This document shows, piece after piece, positions 29,429 to 40,162 of a stretch of DNA of 64,000 nucleotides. Source of the DNA: Betaproteobacteria bacterium (lineage in GTDB: Bacteria; Pseudomonadota; Gammaproteobacteria; Burkholderiales; SG8-41); the NCBI GenBank assembly GCA_028291945.1, contig JAQGNH010000247.1, positions 392 through 64,391 of the forward strand, written 5' to 3'. The translations under genes were made by a program, and so were the position numbers. Each line of letters starts with the position of its first letter. Positions within the stretch are counted from its first letter, which is position 1. Under the pieces are notes generated by a model that saw nothing but the letters and a program-made list of their open reading frames with translations, was not told the DNA's origin and did no database searches.

Positions 29429-30595
29429 TCAGTCCGCCTGTTTGCGCAGAAAAGCCGGGATATCCAGCATTTCGACGCCAGACTGCCGCATTGCTTCGAC
29501 TGTCGCATCACGGTTCCGCCGGCGAATGACGGCCGGCTGCTCAAGCGCCGTGTAATCGACAGCGAGCGAATGGTTGTCGGTCCCAGTCTTCTGGGAGACC
29601 ACAGTCAAAGGTTGCGATTTCGCTTGCTGACGTGCTGCCGGCTTGCCAAGCCCGGTCGCCACGATCGTCACGCGCAACTGATCTTCCAGCGTTTCGTCGT
29701 ACACGGTGCCGACGATGACCGTGGCGGAGTCGGCCGCGAACGCCTTGATGGTTTCCATGACATCGTACATCTCCTGGAGTTGAAAGCTCCCGCGGTTCGC
29801 AGAAATATTGACCAGGACGCCGCGGGCGTCGGAAATGTTGATGTCTTCGAGAAGTGGGCACGCAACCGCTTGTTCGGCAGCAACGCGCGCACGATCCGGC
29901 CCGGCCGCTTTCGCTGAGCCCATCATCGCCATGCCCATCTCGGCCATCACCGTACGCACGTCCGCGAAGTCCACGTTGATCATGCCTGGGCAGCTGATGA
30001 TCTCGGCAATTCCTGCGACGGCGCCGTGCAGCACGTCGTTCGCAGCTTTGAAGGCTTCGTCTAGCGTAACCTGCGTACCGAGCACGTGCATGAGTTTGTC
30101 ATTGGGAATGACGATCAGCGAATCGACGTGCTGCGAGAGTGCGTCCAACCCTTCCTGCGCGATGCGCTGCCGCTTGCCTTCGAACGCGAAAGGTTTCGTC
30201 ACGACCGCTACGGTGAGGATCCCAAGTTCCTTTGCCACTTCCGCAACGACCGGAGCAGCGCCCGTTCCCGTACCCCCGCCCATACCTGCGGTAAGGAACA
30301 GCATGTCCGCACCCGTGATCACTTCCGCGATGCGCTCCCGATCTTCGATCGCCGCTTGTCGGCCGACTTCGGGATTGGCGCCTGCGCCCAGCCCTTTGGT
30401 GACGTTGCCTCCAAGCTGAATTTGCGTCTTTGCCTGATTGCGCTTCAACGCCTGCGCATCAGTGTTGGCGACCACGAACTCGACGCCCTGTACACCCTGC
30501 GAAATCATGTGGTCGACTGCGTTGCCGCCGCATCCGCCTACTCCGACGACTTTGATGACGGCTTCCTGCGACTGTGCATCAATAAGCTCGATCAT
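29429..30595 (-). CDS. ftsZ: Cell division protein FtsZ
   Basis: GVGGCGGNAV…, GGGTGTGAAPV (tubulin signature), C-terminal DIPAFLRKQAD. Confidence 0.98.
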   Translation of the reverse strand: MIELIDAQSQEAVIKVVGVGGCGGNAVDHMISQGVQGVEFVVANTDAQALKRNQAKTQIQLGGNVTKGLGAGANPEVGRQAAIEDRERIAEVITGADMLFLTAGMGGGTGTGAAPVVAEVAKELGILTVAVVTKPFAFEGKRQRIAQEGLDALSQHVDSLIVIPNDKLMHVLGTQVTLDEAFKAANDVLHGAVAGIAEIISCPGMINVDFADVRTVMAEMGMAMMGSAKAAGPDRARVAAEQAVACPLLEDINISDARGVLVNISANRGSFQLQEMYDVMETIKAFAADSATVIVGTVYDETLEDQLRVTIVATGLGKPAARQQAKSQPLTVVSQKTGTDNHSLAVDYTALEQPAVIRRRNRDATVEAMRQSGVEMLDIPAFLRKQAD

Positions 30596-30687
30596 TTACT
30601 TCTCCTTTACTTTCTTAATGGACTTTCTTAAACGGCTGCTGCTTTTCTGGCTGCTTCTACGACGAATTCGAACCGCGCTCTCCTTAT

Positions 30688-31926
30688 TCAGAAGTTGCCG
30701 GTAAACCAGGACTTCATCCTATCCATCAGCTGCTGAAACGAGCTAATGTGCAAGTGGGCGAGCTCGCGCTGGCGGTGCTGCTGCATGCCGGCGATGAGCA
30801 GGCCTACCGCGGTCGAATAGCGCGGATGCTTGACGACCTCCGCAAGAGCGCCGTTGTAATGAGGGACGCCTACCCGCACCGGCATGTGGAAAATCTCTTC
30901 TCCGAGCTCCACCATGCCTTGCATCAGACTGGACCCGCCGGTGATGACGATTCCCGATGACAACAACTCTTCGTAACCGCTGCGGCGAAGCTCCGCCTGC
31001 ACCAGTGAATACAATTCTTCAACCCGAGGCTCAATCACCTCGGCCAACGTTTTGCGCGAGAGTTCCCGCGGCCCGCGCTCTCCAATCCCGGGTACTTCGA
31101 TCATCTGCTGAGGATCCGCGAGCTGGGATAGCGCGCACCCATAACGCTGCTTCAGATCCTCGGCATCCTTGGTCGGCGTGCGCAGCGCCATGGCGATATC
31201 GTTGGTAATCTGGTCGCCCGCGATTGGAATAACCGCGGTGTGGCGAATTGCGCCGTGAGTGAAAATCGCGAGATCGGTCGTGCCTCCACCGATGTCGACG
31301 AGGGCCACGCCGAGATCCTTCTCATCGTCAGACACGACCGCCATCGCCGAGGCGAGCGGCTGCAGTATGAGATCGCTCACTTCGAGTCCGCAGCGGCGAA
31401 CGCATTTGATGATGTTCTGGGCCGCTGATACAGCGCCGGTCACGATGTGCACTTTGACTTCGAGACGTACGCCGGACATACCGAGCGGCTCGCGCACGTC
31501 CTCCTGGCCGTCGATGATGAATTCCTGATTGAGGATGTGCAGGATCTGCTGGTCGTTAGGGATCTGCACCGCTTTGGCCGTCTCGATCACGCGATCGATA
31601 TCCATCTGCCCGACTTCCTTGTCCTTGATAGCGACCATGCCCTGCGAGTTGAAGCTCTTGATGTGGCTACCCGCGATGCCGGTGTACACGTCGCGGATCT
31701 TGCAGTCGGCCATGAGCTCCGCTTCTTCGAGCGCGCGCTGAATGGCGGTCACCGTCGTCTCGATATTCACGACGACGCCTTTTTTCAGACCGCGTGCAGG
31801 GCAGTTGCCCATGCCGATGATCTCGAAACCACCTTCAGGTTTGATGTCCGCCACGATGGCTGCGATTTTCGAAGTCCCTATATCCAGGCCCACGACCAGT
31901 TTCTTATTATCCCGGCTCTTGCTCAT
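30688..31926 (-). CDS. ftsA: Cell division protein FtsA
   Basis: …VGLDIGTSKIAAIV…DIGGGTTDLAIF…, actin-fold motifs. Confidence 0.98.
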   Translation of the reverse strand: MSKSRDNKKLVVGLDIGTSKIAAIVADIKPEGGFEIIGMGNCPARGLKKGVVVNIETTVTAIQRALEEAELMADCKIRDVYTGIAGSHIKSFNSQGMVAIKDKEVGQMDIDRVIETAKAVQIPNDQQILHILNQEFIIDGQEDVREPLGMSGVRLEVKVHIVTGAVSAAQNIIKCVRRCGLEVSDLILQPLASAMAVVSDDEKDLGVALVDIGGGTTDLAIFTHGAIRHTAVIPIAGDQITNDIAMALRTPTKDAEDLKQRYGCALSQLADPQQMIEVPGIGERGPRELSRKTLAEVIEPRVEELYSLVQAELRRSGYEELLSSGIVITGGSSLMQGMVELGEEIFHMPVRVGVPHYNGALAEVVKHPRYSTAVGLLIAGMQQHRQRELAHLHISSFQQLMDRMKSWFTGNF

Positions 31927-32681
31927 ATCCCCTTAGCCCTGCGCTTCGCGCCTGCGGCATCGTGGACGCGCCCGCTGTGCTCTTCCTTGAGCTCCGCTAT
32001 GCGCACGGCGAATCCGTTCGCATAGCGCAGATCAACGTAATCGATGCGTCGCTTCAACGCGACGACCGTACGTTCGTGCACCTGGATGTATCGGCCGAGG
32101 CGCCCTTCTATATCTTCACGTCCGAGCTCGAGCGTAGGACCACCCTCCAGTCTGACCTGCCATGCGCGTCTCGGCGTGAGTTGCACAAGCACCGGTGTCC
32201 CGAGTGTGCTGAGATTCCGGCGAAAGAATTCGTACTGAATTGCGATCTCTTTTGCCGTCCCTGCAGGTCCCGCAAACGTCGGCAGTTTGCCGTCAAAAGC
32301 AGCCTGGAACACTTCCCCATGCGTGTTGACGAGCGCCTGGTTGCCCCATCGCGCGAGCGGCACGTGTTCGCTTACGCTGACTTCCAGCCGTGCGGGCCAG
32401 CGCCGGCGCAGGTTCACTTCACGCACCCACGGCAGTTTTTCGAAGGCGCGCCGCAGCTGCGGCAAGTTGAGCGTGAAAAAAGTGCCTTTCAATTCGTTGT
32501 TCACAATCGCCTGAACCTGATCGCGCGTCACGTGGTGCGCTTCCCCAGTAATGTGCACTTCGCGCAGCGCAAACATGGGAAGCCTCACGATCCACCATAC
32601 CGAGCCATAGGCCAACAGCAAGGCGGTGAGGGCCAAGAGCACATTGGCGAAGCGGTTGAGAATGTCAGGCCTATCCCACAT
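31923..32681 (-). CDS. ftsQ: Cell division protein FtsQ
   Basis: N-terminal TM segment plus POTRA (…[12 protein letters not shown]…). ATGA overlap with ftsA. Confidence 0.92.
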   Translation of the reverse strand: MWDRPDILNRFANVLLALTALLLAYGSVWWIVRLPMFALREVHITGEAHHVTRDQVQAIVNNELKGTFFTLNLPQLRRAFEKLPWVREVNLRRRWPARLEVSVSEHVPLARWGNQALVNTHGEVFQAAFDGKLPTFAGPAGTAKEIAIQYEFFRRNLSTLGTPVLVQLTPRRAWQVRLEGGPTLELGREDIEGRLGRYIQVHERTVVALKRRIDYVDLRYANGFAVRIAELKEEHSGRVHDAAGAKRRAKGI

Positions 32682-33660
32682 GCGCCGATTCCAGTACTCG
32701 AACGCACAGGTCGTCGAATTCGATACCGCGCGCCCGTGCCGCCATGGGAACCAGGCTGTGGTCCGTCATGCCCGGGATGGTATTCACTTCGAGCAGATAC
32801 GGCTCACCTGCGCGATCGACCATCACGTCCACGCGTCCCCATCCACTGCAGCCGATCAGCTTGAAAGCGCGTAACGCCTGCTCCTGAATGCGGCGTTCCT
32901 GGTCCGCCGGCAGTCCCGATGGACAGATATAGCGGGTATCGTCGGAAAAATATTTAGCCTGGTAGTCGTAAAACGTTCGTGGCGTTTCGAGGCGAATCAG
33001 CGGCAGTGGCTCGTCGTCCACGATCGCCGCGGTGACTTCGACTCCTTCGATGAAACGCTCAGCAATGATCACATCGTCGTACTCTGTGGCGAGCTCATAC
33101 GCTGCCTCGATCTTCTCCAGCGACGTGACCTTGCTCATACCGATGCTGGAGCCTTCGCGCGCAGGTTTCACCATGAGAGGCACCCCGAGGCGTTCCCCAA
33201 CGCTCAGAAAATCCGTCTCCTTGTTCAGCACTTCATAAGGCGGCGTTGGCACGCCCGCGGCCTGCCAGAGCAACTTCGTACGCCATTTGTCCATGGCAAT
33301 GGCGCTCGCCATGACACCGCTTCCTGTATATGGAAGGCCGAGATACTCGAGAGCGCCCTGCACCGTGCCGTCTTCGCCGAAACGCCCGTGGAGCGCAATG
33401 AACACGCGGTCGAAATGCTGCGCAATCAGCTGTTCGAGCCCCTGGTCCTGGGGATCGAAGGCGTGCGCATCAATGCCTTTACGCTTCAGAGCGCCCAGCA
33501 CCATGTTCCCGCTTCTGAGCGATATCTCGCGCTCTGCGCTGCGTCCACCGAAGAGGACGGCGACTTTTCCGAATCCACCAGGGGAGGCCCGAGAGGCGGC
33601 CGGCTTTGCAAGCGGCTCCTTCGCGCCTTTGGATTTTTTTGCGCCGATCTTCTGTTTCAT
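32671..33660 (-). CDS. ddl: D-alanine--D-alanine ligase
   Basis: …[16 protein letters not shown]…, ATP-grasp core …EVNTIPGMT… ATG overlaps the murB stop (ATGA). Confidence 0.95.
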   Translation of the reverse strand: MKQKIGAKKSKGAKEPLAKPAASRASPGGFGKVAVLFGGRSAEREISLRSGNMVLGALKRKGIDAHAFDPQDQGLEQLIAQHFDRVFIALHGRFGEDGTVQGALEYLGLPYTGSGVMASAIAMDKWRTKLLWQAAGVPTPPYEVLNKETDFLSVGERLGVPLMVKPAREGSSIGMSKVTSLEKIEAAYELATEYDDVIIAERFIEGVEVTAAIVDDEPLPLIRLETPRTFYDYQAKYFSDDTRYICPSGLPADQERRIQEQALRAFKLIGCSGWGRVDVMVDRAGEPYLLEVNTIPGMTDHSLVPMAARARGIEFDDLCVRVLESAHVG

Positions 33661-34646
33661 TGCCGCTCTCCGACTATCCTGACCTCGCGCTCGAGCTCGA
33701 CGCCGAATTTGTGTTTTACTGATGCTTGGGCCATCTCGATCAGCGCTTCAATCTCCGCCGCGCGTGCCGTCCCCGTGTTCACGATGAAATTCGCGTGTTT
33801 CTGCGAAATGACGGCGCCACCGATCGTTCGTCCTTTGAGTCCGCAGTCTTCAATGAGCTTCGCCGCGTATGTGCCAGGGGGGTTCCTGAAAACAGAGCCG
33901 GCGTTGGGCTCACCGAGCGGCTGGCTTGCTATCCGCCGCGACAAAAGCGCTTTCACCTTGCCGCGCGATTGCACGCCATCGCCTCGCGGCAACGCCAGCA
34001 CGGCAGATACGAACCATTCCTCGAGACCCGCGCGTGGGTTGAGTGCGGCAGCAGGAGGAATGCTCGCGATCTGATGACACCGCTTCGCGACGCTTCGATA
34101 TTCGATGCGATAGTGTGCCGGCGTGCGCTCGCGCAATTCGCCTGCATGGTCGAGGGTCACCACCTTGCGCACGATGTTCCACATCTCTCCGCCATAGCAG
34201 CCCGCATTCATTGCGAGCGCGCCGCCGATCGTCCCGGGGATACCCGCGAGGAATTCGGCGTTCACCAGATCCTGCAATGCGGCGAAGCGGGCGACTTTGG
34301 GGCTCGCAACGCCAGCGTCGACGTAAATCTCGCCTTCCGCGTCCCTCACCGCACCGAGCGCGATGTTGCGTAGTGCCCAGTGAGTGAAAACGACCGTGCC
34401 GCGCAATCCGCCGTCGCGCACCAGCAGATTGCTGCCGAGCCCCACGAAATGCACCGGCTCTTCAGGATCGGTTGAGCGCAGGAACACACAAAGATCGTCG
34501 AGATCGGCCGGCAGGTAGGCGCGTTCAGCAACGCCGCCCGCGCGCCAGCTGACGTGGCGAGACATGGGCTCCGCGAGCCTCAATTCCCCGCGCAGACCAC
34601 CTGAACCTGCACGCCGATCAATCATCGCTACGACACTCGCACTCAC
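33657..34646 (-). CDS. murB: UDP-N-acetylenolpyruvoylglucosamine reductase
   Basis: …[12 protein letters not shown]…, …AGSVFRNP… GTG start at 34646 (ATG at 34625 is the alternative). Confidence 0.94.
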   Translation of the reverse strand: MSASVVAMIDRRAGSGGLRGELRLAEPMSRHVSWRAGGVAERAYLPADLDDLCVFLRSTDPEEPVHFVGLGSNLLVRDGGLRGTVVFTHWALRNIALGAVRDAEGEIYVDAGVASPKVARFAALQDLVNAEFLAGIPGTIGGALAMNAGCYGGEMWNIVRKVVTLDHAGELRERTPAHYRIEYRSVAKRCHQIASIPPAAALNPRAGLEEWFVSAVLALPRGDGVQSRGKVKALLSRRIASQPLGEPNAGSVFRNPPGTYAAKLIEDCGLKGRTIGGAVISQKHANFIVNTGTARAAEIEALIEMAQASVKHKFGVELEREVRIVGERQ

Positions 34647-34652
34647 AGTTTC

Positions 34653-34687
34653 TCGTCACCCGTCACTCATCACTCATCACTCTTCAG
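34653..34687. repeat. Heptanucleotide tandem repeat (5 units) across the murC stop and the murC-murB spacer
   Basis: Forward tcgtcac ccgtcac tcatcac tcatcac tcttcag. In mRNA sense the GTGATGA units put a TGA in all three frames. Confidence 0.8.
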
Positions 34688-36067
34688 TAATGCCGGCACG
34701 CTTCCTATGGAGCCTGCTCCCATCGTCAGCACCACATCGCCATCACGCGCTGCAGCGCGTATCGCTTCAGGCATTTCAGCTACGGTGTCGACAAAAATAG
34801 GCTCGACTTTGCCGTGCACACGGATCGCCCGCGCGAGCGCGCGACCGTCAGCTGCGACGATCGGCTGCTCGCCCGCCGGATAAACTTCGGTGAGCACGAG
34901 TACGTCCGTAGTCGAAAGCACTTTGACGAAGTCCTCGAAGCAATCGCGGGTGCGCGTATAGCGGTGAGGCTGGAAAGCGAGCACCAGACGCCGCCCGGGG
35001 AAAGCGCCACGCGCTGCCGCGAGGGTCGCGGCCATCTCCGCCGGGTGGTGGCCGTAATCGTCGACCAGCAGTAACCGACCGCCGTCTGCAAGCCGGATTT
35101 CCCCACACTGCTGAAACCGCCGACCGACACCTTTAAAGCTCGCGAGCGCTGAGACTATTTTTTCCGGCGCGACGCCGACTTCGAGACCTGCAGCGATCGC
35201 GGCGAGCGCGTTCTGCACGTTGTGCACTCCGGGGAGGTTCAGCGTGACGTCGAACTCGATCGCAGGCGAACCATTTGCCGCACAAACTGCACGGAACGCC
35301 ATCTTTCCGCCTTGCGCTTCGATGTTCACCGCTCGCACTTGCGCTTCGGGCGCGAGACCGTACGTGACGAGCGTCTTGGGCACGCGGGGCGCGATCTCGC
35401 GCACCCCCGCATCATCGATACAGATGATTGCCACGCCATAGAACGGCAGTCGCTGCAGGAAATAGATGAATGACTGTCTCAGTTTGTCGATGGAGTGGTC
35501 GTACGTCGCCATGTGATCGGCGTCGATATTGGTAACGATCGCGAGACACGGCTGCAGATACAGAAACGATGCGTCGGATTCGTCGGCTTCGACGACGATG
35601 AACTCGCCTTTACCGAGCCGCGCGTTCGAGCCGACAGCTTCGACGCGTCCGCCGATGACGAATGTCGGATCGAGCCCCCCTTCCGCGAGCACACTGGCGG
35701 TCAGGCTCGTCGTCGTGGTCTTACCGTGAGTGCCGGCCACCGCAATGCCCTGCTTCAGCCGCATCAACTCAGCGAGCATCAGTGCCCGCGGCACGACGGG
35801 AATCTTCTTTGCGCGAGCCGCCTGTACCTCGGGGTTGTCCTCAGCCACCGCGCTTGAGATTACGACCGCATTCGCACCGGCGATGTTGTCTTCGGAGTGG
35901 CCCTTCGAAATTCTTGCACCAAGCCGCTGAAGATGGCGGGTCACGGGGCTTTCAGAGAGATCGGATCCGCTCACGCGATATTCGAGATTCAGCAGTACTT
36001 CGGCGATGCCGCTCATGCCGACGCCGCCTATGCCAACGAAATGGATGTGCTTGACTTTGTGTCTCAT
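34670..36067 (-). CDS. murC: UDP-N-acetylmuramate--L-alanine ligase
   Basis: [25 protein letters not shown] from ATG 36067. The track ORF starts 16 codons earlier, at 36115. Confidence 0.95.
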   Translation of the reverse strand: MRHKVKHIHFVGIGGVGMSGIAEVLLNLEYRVSGSDLSESPVTRHLQRLGARISKGHSEDNIAGANAVVISSAVAEDNPEVQAARAKKIPVVPRALMLAELMRLKQGIAVAGTHGKTTTTSLTASVLAEGGLDPTFVIGGRVEAVGSNARLGKGEFIVVEADESDASFLYLQPCLAIVTNIDADHMATYDHSIDKLRQSFIYFLQRLPFYGVAIICIDDAGVREIAPRVPKTLVTYGLAPEAQVRAVNIEAQGGKMAFRAVCAANGSPAIEFDVTLNLPGVHNVQNALAAIAAGLEVGVAPEKIVSALASFKGVGRRFQQCGEIRLADGGRLLLVDDYGHHPAEMAATLAAARGAFPGRRLVLAFQPHRYTRTRDCFEDFVKVLSTTDVLVLTEVYPAGEQPIVAADGRALARAIRVHGKVEPIFVDTVAEMPEAIRAAARDGDVVLTMGAGSIGSVPALLKSDE

Positions 36068-36167
36068 CGCATCCGCCTGGATCGAGATGAGCGCAAACGG
36101 GAGGCCAGCGTCCAACGCGCGGGCAACGCTGCTGTTGATCCGTTCTCCGCTTTCATCGCCAGGATCT

Positions 36168-37280
36168 TCATGCGGCGAGTCTCATGCAGACTTCCGCGAC
36201 CGTACGCGTTGCGTCCGGCTTGCCCGCAGCTCTCGCCTGTTTCGCCATCGCGAGCAACTTGTCACGCGTGAATTCAGCGAGCAGATCTGCAAGACGCTGC
36301 GGCGTAAGCTCGCTTTGCGGTATGAGCAGCGCGGCGCCGCGCTCTGCGAGGAAGCGCGCGTTTTGCGTCTGATGATCGTCGACTGCTTGCGGAAACGGTA
36401 TCAGGACAGCAGGCACACCCGCGGCTGCCAGCTCGGCAATGGTTGAAGCGCCAGCGCGGCAGATCATCAGGTCGGCCGCAGCGTAGCTTGCCGCCATATC
36501 TTCGATGAACCCAATAATGCTCGCCTCAACGGCTGCCGAAGCGTAGTTCGCGCGCACCGCATCGAGATGAGCGGCGCCCGCCTGGTGTATCACTTCAGGA
36601 CGGACACTCTGTGACAATCGTGCGATCGCTTGCGGAACGACATCGTTCAGCGCTTTCGCACCCTGACTTCCGCCGAGTACGAGCACGCGCAATCGCCCGT
36701 GACGTCCCGCAAAGCGCTGTTCCGGCGGCGCGATCGCTGCGATGTCTGCCCGAACCGGGTTGCCGCTCCACTCGGCCTTGGCCCGCTTGCCGAAAGCCCC
36801 TGGAAAACCGAGGAGCACCTTGTCTGCAACATGACCGAGCACCCGGTTCGTGAGCCCTGCGACTGAATTCTGCTCGTGAATGACCAGCGGCCGATTGAAG
36901 AGACTCGCCATCATGCCGCCGGGGAAAGCAACGTAACCGCCCATACCGAGCACGACGTCCGGACGATGCGCGAAGAGCGCACGCGCGCTCTGCACGAACG
37001 CAATGAGCAGATTGAGCGGCAGCAGCGCAGCACGGACCAGACCTTTGCCGCGCAGGCCGGACATTCGGATCCACGCCATCGTGTAACCCTTAGCCGGCAC
37101 GATGCGGGCCTCCATGCCCGCACGCGAGCCGAGCCATACGACGTTCCAGCCCGCGGCGCGCACGTGCTCTGCTACGGAAAGTGCCGGAAAAATATGGCCA
37201 CCGGTGCCGCCGGCCATGACCATCAGAGTTCGCCGCCCCTGGGCGCTCGGCGTTGGGTCGCGTTGAACAGTATTGATCAT
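36168..37280 (-). CDS. murG: UDP-N-acetylglucosamine--N-acetylmuramyl-(pentapeptide) pyrophosphoryl-undecaprenol GlcNAc transferase
   Basis: …[16 protein letters not shown]…, glycosyltransferase 28 family. Confidence 0.95.
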   Translation of the reverse strand: MINTVQRDPTPSAQGRRTLMVMAGGTGGHIFPALSVAEHVRAAGWNVVWLGSRAGMEARIVPAKGYTMAWIRMSGLRGKGLVRAALLPLNLLIAFVQSARALFAHRPDVVLGMGGYVAFPGGMMASLFNRPLVIHEQNSVAGLTNRVLGHVADKVLLGFPGAFGKRAKAEWSGNPVRADIAAIAPPEQRFAGRHGRLRVLVLGGSQGAKALNDVVPQAIARLSQSVRPEVIHQAGAAHLDAVRANYASAAVEASIIGFIEDMAASYAAADLMICRAGASTIAELAAAGVPAVLIPFPQAVDDHQTQNARFLAERGAALLIPQSELTPQRLADLLAEFTRDKLLAMAKQARAAGKPDATRTVAEVCMRLAA

Positions 37281-37315
37281 ACTGTCAGGCCCTTCGCGAG
37301 CCTGCCGTTTTGGCT
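37277..37315 (-). other. Orphan duplicate of the ftsW 3' tail, whose TGA overlaps the murG ATG
   Basis: Reads [15 protein letters not shown] against the in-use [14 protein letters not shown] at 37372. 30/35 ungapped nt identity, offset 95 bp. Confidence 0.8.
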
Positions 37316-37371
37316 ACGCCGAAACAGGCAGCCATCAGTTCCAAATTCGCCATGTGCCAACGCTCGCCTAG

Positions 37372-38532
37372 TCATACTGTCAGGCCTTTCGCGAGCTGCC
37401 TGTTTTCCCAATCGACACGCAGAAGTATTGCGAGGGCGGCACACGTTGCCGCGAGGGCGCTGCCGCCGAACGACAGCAGCGGCAGCGTCAGGCCCTTTGT
37501 GGGCAATACGCCCATGTTCACGCCCATATTGATGATCGCCTGCACGCCGATCCACAGGCCGACGCCTTGCGCGACAAGCGATGCGAAATAGCGCTCGAGC
37601 ATGGCCGCGCGGCGCCCTATTGCAAATGCCCGCGCCACGACCCACCCAAACATGAGCACGATCAAAGCGACGCCCACGAAGCCAAGCTCTTCGGCGATGA
37701 CAGCGAGGAGGAAATCCGTGTGCGCCTCCGGAAGGTAAAACAGTTTCTCGACGCTTCCGCCCAGGCCGACACCGAACCATTCTCCACGGCCGAATGCGAT
37801 CAATGCATGCGAGAGCTGATAGCCTTTCCCATACGGATCGGCCCAGGGGTCCATGAAACCGACCACCCGCTGCATGCGATAAGGCGAGATCCAGATCAGC
37901 AGCAGGAAGCCGATGATCAGCATGACGATCAAGCCAGCGAACAGACGCCAGTTCATGCCGCCGAGGAAGAGGATGCCCATCGCAATGACCGTGATGACGG
38001 CGAACGCGCCGAAATCCGGCTCACGCAACAACAGGCCGCCGGTGAGCAGCATCACGAAAAACATCGGCATGAAGCCGCGACGCAGGCTGTGCATGAACGC
38101 GGCCTTGCGTACGGTGTAGTCGGCGGCGTAAAGAACGCAGCACACCTTCATGAGCTCGGAAGGCTGGAAGTTCGCGACATACAGCGAGATCCAGCGCCGA
38201 CTGCCGTTCACTTCGCGTCCGATGCCGGGCACGAGCACGAGCATGAGGAACGCGAGCGCAACGACGAAAAGGTAAGGCGCAGCTTGTTGCCACAGCCGGG
38301 TCGGCACCTGGAACGCGACGACCGCGAACACGAGGGCGATAGCAACAAAAAACGTGTGACGCACGAGATAGTACGTCGGCTGATAGCCCGTGCTGCGCCC
38401 GGCTTCGGCAATAGCGATCGACGAGGAATAGACCATCACCACACCCAGCGCGAGCAGCAGGATCGTGCACCACACGAGAGGGACGTCGTACTCGGCGACC
38501 GACGCGCGCTTCTTGCTCTCGCGGTAATACAT
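37372..38532 (-). CDS. ftsW: Cell division protein FtsW (SEDS family)
   Basis: Start [21 protein letters not shown] at 38532. Polytopic, …[21 protein letters not shown]… The track ORF adds 37 spurious aa overlapping murD. Confidence 0.93.
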   Translation of the reverse strand: MYYRESKKRASVAEYDVPLVWCTILLLALGVVMVYSSSIAIAEAGRSTGYQPTYYLVRHTFFVAIALVFAVVAFQVPTRLWQQAAPYLFVVALAFLMLVLVPGIGREVNGSRRWISLYVANFQPSELMKVCCVLYAADYTVRKAAFMHSLRRGFMPMFFVMLLTGGLLLREPDFGAFAVITVIAMGILFLGGMNWRLFAGLIVMLIIGFLLLIWISPYRMQRVVGFMDPWADPYGKGYQLSHALIAFGRGEWFGVGLGGSVEKLFYLPEAHTDFLLAVIAEELGFVGVALIVLMFGWVVARAFAIGRRAAMLERYFASLVAQGVGLWIGVQAIINMGVNMGVLPTKGLTLPLLSFGGSALAATCAALAILLRVDWENRQLAKGLTV

Positions 38533-38540
38533 GGCCTGGC

Positions 38541-39941
38541 TCACGGCAGGCGTCCTTCCTCTGTCGCTGCGAGAGCCTTCACGGCGGCAACAAAGACCTG
38601 AGCGCGGTGCACGTAACTCGTGAACATGTCGTAGCTCGCACACGCGGGAGACAACAGCACGGCATCTCCCGTACGGCTCTCGCTGTAGGCGGCTTGCACC
38701 GCCTCTTCCAACGTCGAAGCGTGCAGCACGCGAACGCCTGAACCGGTCAGCACGTGCTCGATCTGCGGTGCATCGCGCCCGATCAACACCACTGCGCGCG
38801 CATGAGTAGATATTGCTCGGGTGAGAGGCGAAAAGTTCTGCCCTTTGCCGTCTCCCCCGGCGATGAGCACGACGGGTACGGTCATGCCGTTCAGCGCGGC
38901 AACCGTCGCACCGACATTGGTGCCCTTGGAATCATCGTAGAACGTGATGCCGCGCACCTCTGCAACTTTTTCGAGCCGGTGCGGTAAGCCCCGAAAGCGC
39001 CGCAGGCCTTCGAGCATAGTGCTCTCAGGCATTCCGATCGCATCGCAGAGCGCCAGTGCCGCGAGCGCGTTTGCAGCGTTGTGCAAGCCGGCGACCGGCA
39101 GCTCGTCGATGGGCATCAACGTGTCGCCACCGCGGAGGAGCATCGAATGGCCCGAGACGCCCCAGTCGTGATCGTTTGCCGGCGCGTCAAGACCAAAGGT
39201 GGTGGCGTGCTTCCCGGGACGGGCCATGCGCATGCTCCACGCATCCTGTCGGTTCAACACCTGCACACCGGCGCCTGCGAACACGCGTGCTTTCGCATCG
39301 GCGTATTCGTCCATGCCGTCGTATCGATCGAGGTGATCTTCAGTCACGTTGAGCACGGTGGCTGCGTCTGCGCGCAGGCTGGACGTGCTTTCAAGCTGAA
39401 AGCTAGAGAGCTCCAGCACGAATACATCCGGCATCGCTTTGCCGTTTTCGATTTCGGTCAGGGCATCCAGTACCGGCAATCCGATGTTTCCGGCCACAAT
39501 CGTCGCTCGTCCGCTAACGCGCGAAACTTCACCTGCCATTGCGGTCACGGTGCTCTTACCGTTCGAGCCCGTGATCGCAACGACCTGCGGCCTTGCCCTC
39601 GATTGTCGGGCGGCAACATCGTCGAGGGTGCCCGCGAACATCTCGACATCGCCCACGACAGGGACACCGCGTCGAGTCGCTCCCGCTATTGATGCTTCGC
39701 GACGATCGACTCCAGGACTGATTGCGATGACATCAGCGCGCGCGAAATCACGCTCGCTGAAGGGGCCGGTCGAAATCGGCACGTCCGGCGACTCCGTTTC
39801 GAGCGTGCGTTTGTGTGGTGGATGCGCGCGGCTGTCAGCGACCCTAACTCGCGCACCGTGACGCACGAGCCACCGGGTCATCGACAGACCTGTGTCACCG
39901 AGTCCGAGCACCAGCACGTTCCTGTCTTTCCAATCCAGCAT
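38541..39941 (-). CDS. murD: UDP-N-acetylmuramoylalanine--D-glutamate ligase
   Basis: …[12 protein letters not shown]…, …[10 protein letters not shown]… (Mur ligase P-loop). Confidence 0.95.
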   Translation of the reverse strand: MLDWKDRNVLVLGLGDTGLSMTRWLVRHGARVRVADSRAHPPHKRTLETESPDVPISTGPFSERDFARADVIAISPGVDRREASIAGATRRGVPVVGDVEMFAGTLDDVAARQSRARPQVVAITGSNGKSTVTAMAGEVSRVSGRATIVAGNIGLPVLDALTEIENGKAMPDVFVLELSSFQLESTSSLRADAATVLNVTEDHLDRYDGMDEYADAKARVFAGAGVQVLNRQDAWSMRMARPGKHATTFGLDAPANDHDWGVSGHSMLLRGGDTLMPIDELPVAGLHNAANALAALALCDAIGMPESTMLEGLRRFRGLPHRLEKVAEVRGITFYDDSKGTNVGATVAALNGMTVPVVLIAGGDGKGQNFSPLTRAISTHARAVVLIGRDAPQIEHVLTGSGVRVLHASTLEEAVQAAYSESRTGDAVLLSPACASYDMFTSYVHRAQVFVAAVKALAATEEGRLP

Positions 39942-40002
39942 CCTTAAACCACGTCATAAGCGGTAAGCCGTTTCATGCGTCCGACGGCTCATGGTTCACG
40001 AC

Positions 40003-40083
40003 TCACCGCAGCTTCAGCGTCGACAAGCCGATTAGCACCAACATCATCGAAATGATCCAGAAGCGCACGGGCTGGTTTTGGCT
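40003..40083 (-). other. Orphan duplicate of the mraY 3' tail in the mraY-murD spacer
   Basis: Translates to [25 protein letters not shown]. The last 21 aa are identical to those of MraY, which ends at 40163. 11 codons differ and all are synonymous. Offset 160 bp. Confidence 0.85.
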
Positions 40084-40162
40084 CCGGCCGGCCGACACAC
40101 CACGCTCGACCTTAACTTGCTTCGCAAGTTAGCCTTCACCGAAACCAAGTTGTCGTGCACTA

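Noticed and set aside
36068-36167. Possible third, degraded tail duplication at the murG-murC junction
   Set aside because: The spacer shows collinear patches resembling the murG tail: ctggcgatgaaagcgg against ctcgcgatggcgaaacagg, gcgcgttggacgctgg against acgcgtacggtcgcgg, and gcgATGAGAC against tgcATGAGAC. One frame ends in a TGA that overlaps the murC ATG. By eye, however, identity is low, lengths differ (102 against 76 nt), and there is no matching inverted-repeat arm. A statistical alignment is needed before any claim.
37333-37371. Similarity between the scar spacers and the MITE terminal repeat (ggcgag…cgtt…gg…cac)
   Set aside because: The matching blocks are short (2-6 nt) and need several gaps. 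In 65% GC DNA this could be chance, so I cannot support a relationship without a proper alignment score.
37277-37780. 167-aa ORF (and the 68-aa ORF at 40044-40250) running through the duplication scars
   Set aside because: Both lie in alternative frames of ftsW or of the spacers. Their composition is Arg/Gly/Pro-rich, and only the last ~11 codons (the orphan ftsW tail) are meaningful. They are not credible genes.
37567-38601. 344-aa ORF on the + strand
   Set aside because: It is antisense to ftsW and has a His/Arg/Asp/Glu-rich nonsense-like composition. It is a GC-driven shadow ORF. The same reasoning applies to 14615-15436 (antisense to ffh), 31962-32864 (antisense to ftsQ and ddl), 55641-56423 (antisense to coaX), 25166-25864 (antisense to secA) and 9457-10190 (antisense to the Ala-rich gene).
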